Assembly (NCBI GenBank): GCA_044344255.1
Contig: JBIJDH010000017.1
Location: forward strand, 119,728-183,727
Reading direction: 5' to 3'
Source: Myxococcota bacterium
GTDB lineage: Bacteria; Myxococcota_A; UBA796; UBA2385
DNA: 64,000 nt
Shown piece by piece: positions 63,739-64,000 of this stretch; within the stretch, counting starts at the first letter, position 1; every line of letters starts with the position of its first letter. The notes beneath the pieces were generated by a model, which saw only the letters and a program-made list of their open reading frames with translations, was not told the DNA's origin and did no database searches. The translations under genes and the position numbers were made by a program.

Positions 63739-64000
63739 TCCTTAGCCCAGAATGTGCCTGGCGAGAGGACAAGTTTGAGCTCAGAACTAGATAAAAATAA
63801 GGTTCCAGCTTAGGAGGTTGGTGTAAACAATCACACTCCAAAGAGGAACCCCATGGGTCGTAGTAACACCACCAAGCGCGGCCCGCTCCCGGCGCCGAAG
63901 GTCACCGCGAGTGAGACGACGCTGACGCAATTCTCGGGGCTGGTGCCGCTTCTGCGGTACCTGTCCGGGCCCCTCGGGCTCTTGGAGCGACTGTCGTGGG
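63739..64000 (+). mobile_element. Probable left end of an insertion sequence (IS1380-like); transposase starts at 63853 and runs off the window
   Basis: Abrupt AT-richer segment, GAGG RBS, ORF MGRSNTTK...TLTQFSGLVPLL resembling the LT..(A/S)GL..L N-terminal motif of IS1380-type transposases; left boundary approximate. Confidence 0.5.

Overview
Very GC-rich bacterial chromosomal DNA, densely coding (about 51 probable genes). Myxococcota-like signatures point to a myxobacterium-related deltaproteobacterium; this is inference from MYXO-CTERM-like tails, MopE-type Asp/Cys repeat lipoproteins and a myxobacterial PilZ-like protein. Recognisable genes: imuB (partial), AlkB-family dioxygenase, PhoX, aminotransferase, fhs, a sigma54-type promoter driving an sqr / DUF1641-TusE / DsrE2 sulfur operon, cysteine desulfurase, clostripain, HEAT-cyclophilin, tilS (fused to RNHCP), two sensor kinases plus an OmpR-type regulator, two thioredoxins, rhomboid, 7Fe ferredoxin, B12 radical SAM, HD-GYP, Nudix, subtilase, tRNA-Sec (selC) followed by a Phd/VapC toxin-antitoxin pair, an animal-type protein-arginine deiminase, GH114, DUF523, VWA, a HelD-like helicase, and the start of a probable IS at the right edge. 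Best candidates for an undescribed system: (1) a yceI / Cyc2-like cytochrome-porin / surface-anchored monoheme cytochrome operon lying back-to-back with the SQR sulfide-oxidation operon; (2) a bacterial protein with the motifs of the eukaryotic RNA-cap trimethylguanosine synthase TGS1 and a possible RRM-like N-terminal region. All family calls are by-eye motif recognition; no database searches were run, and many start codons are best guesses.
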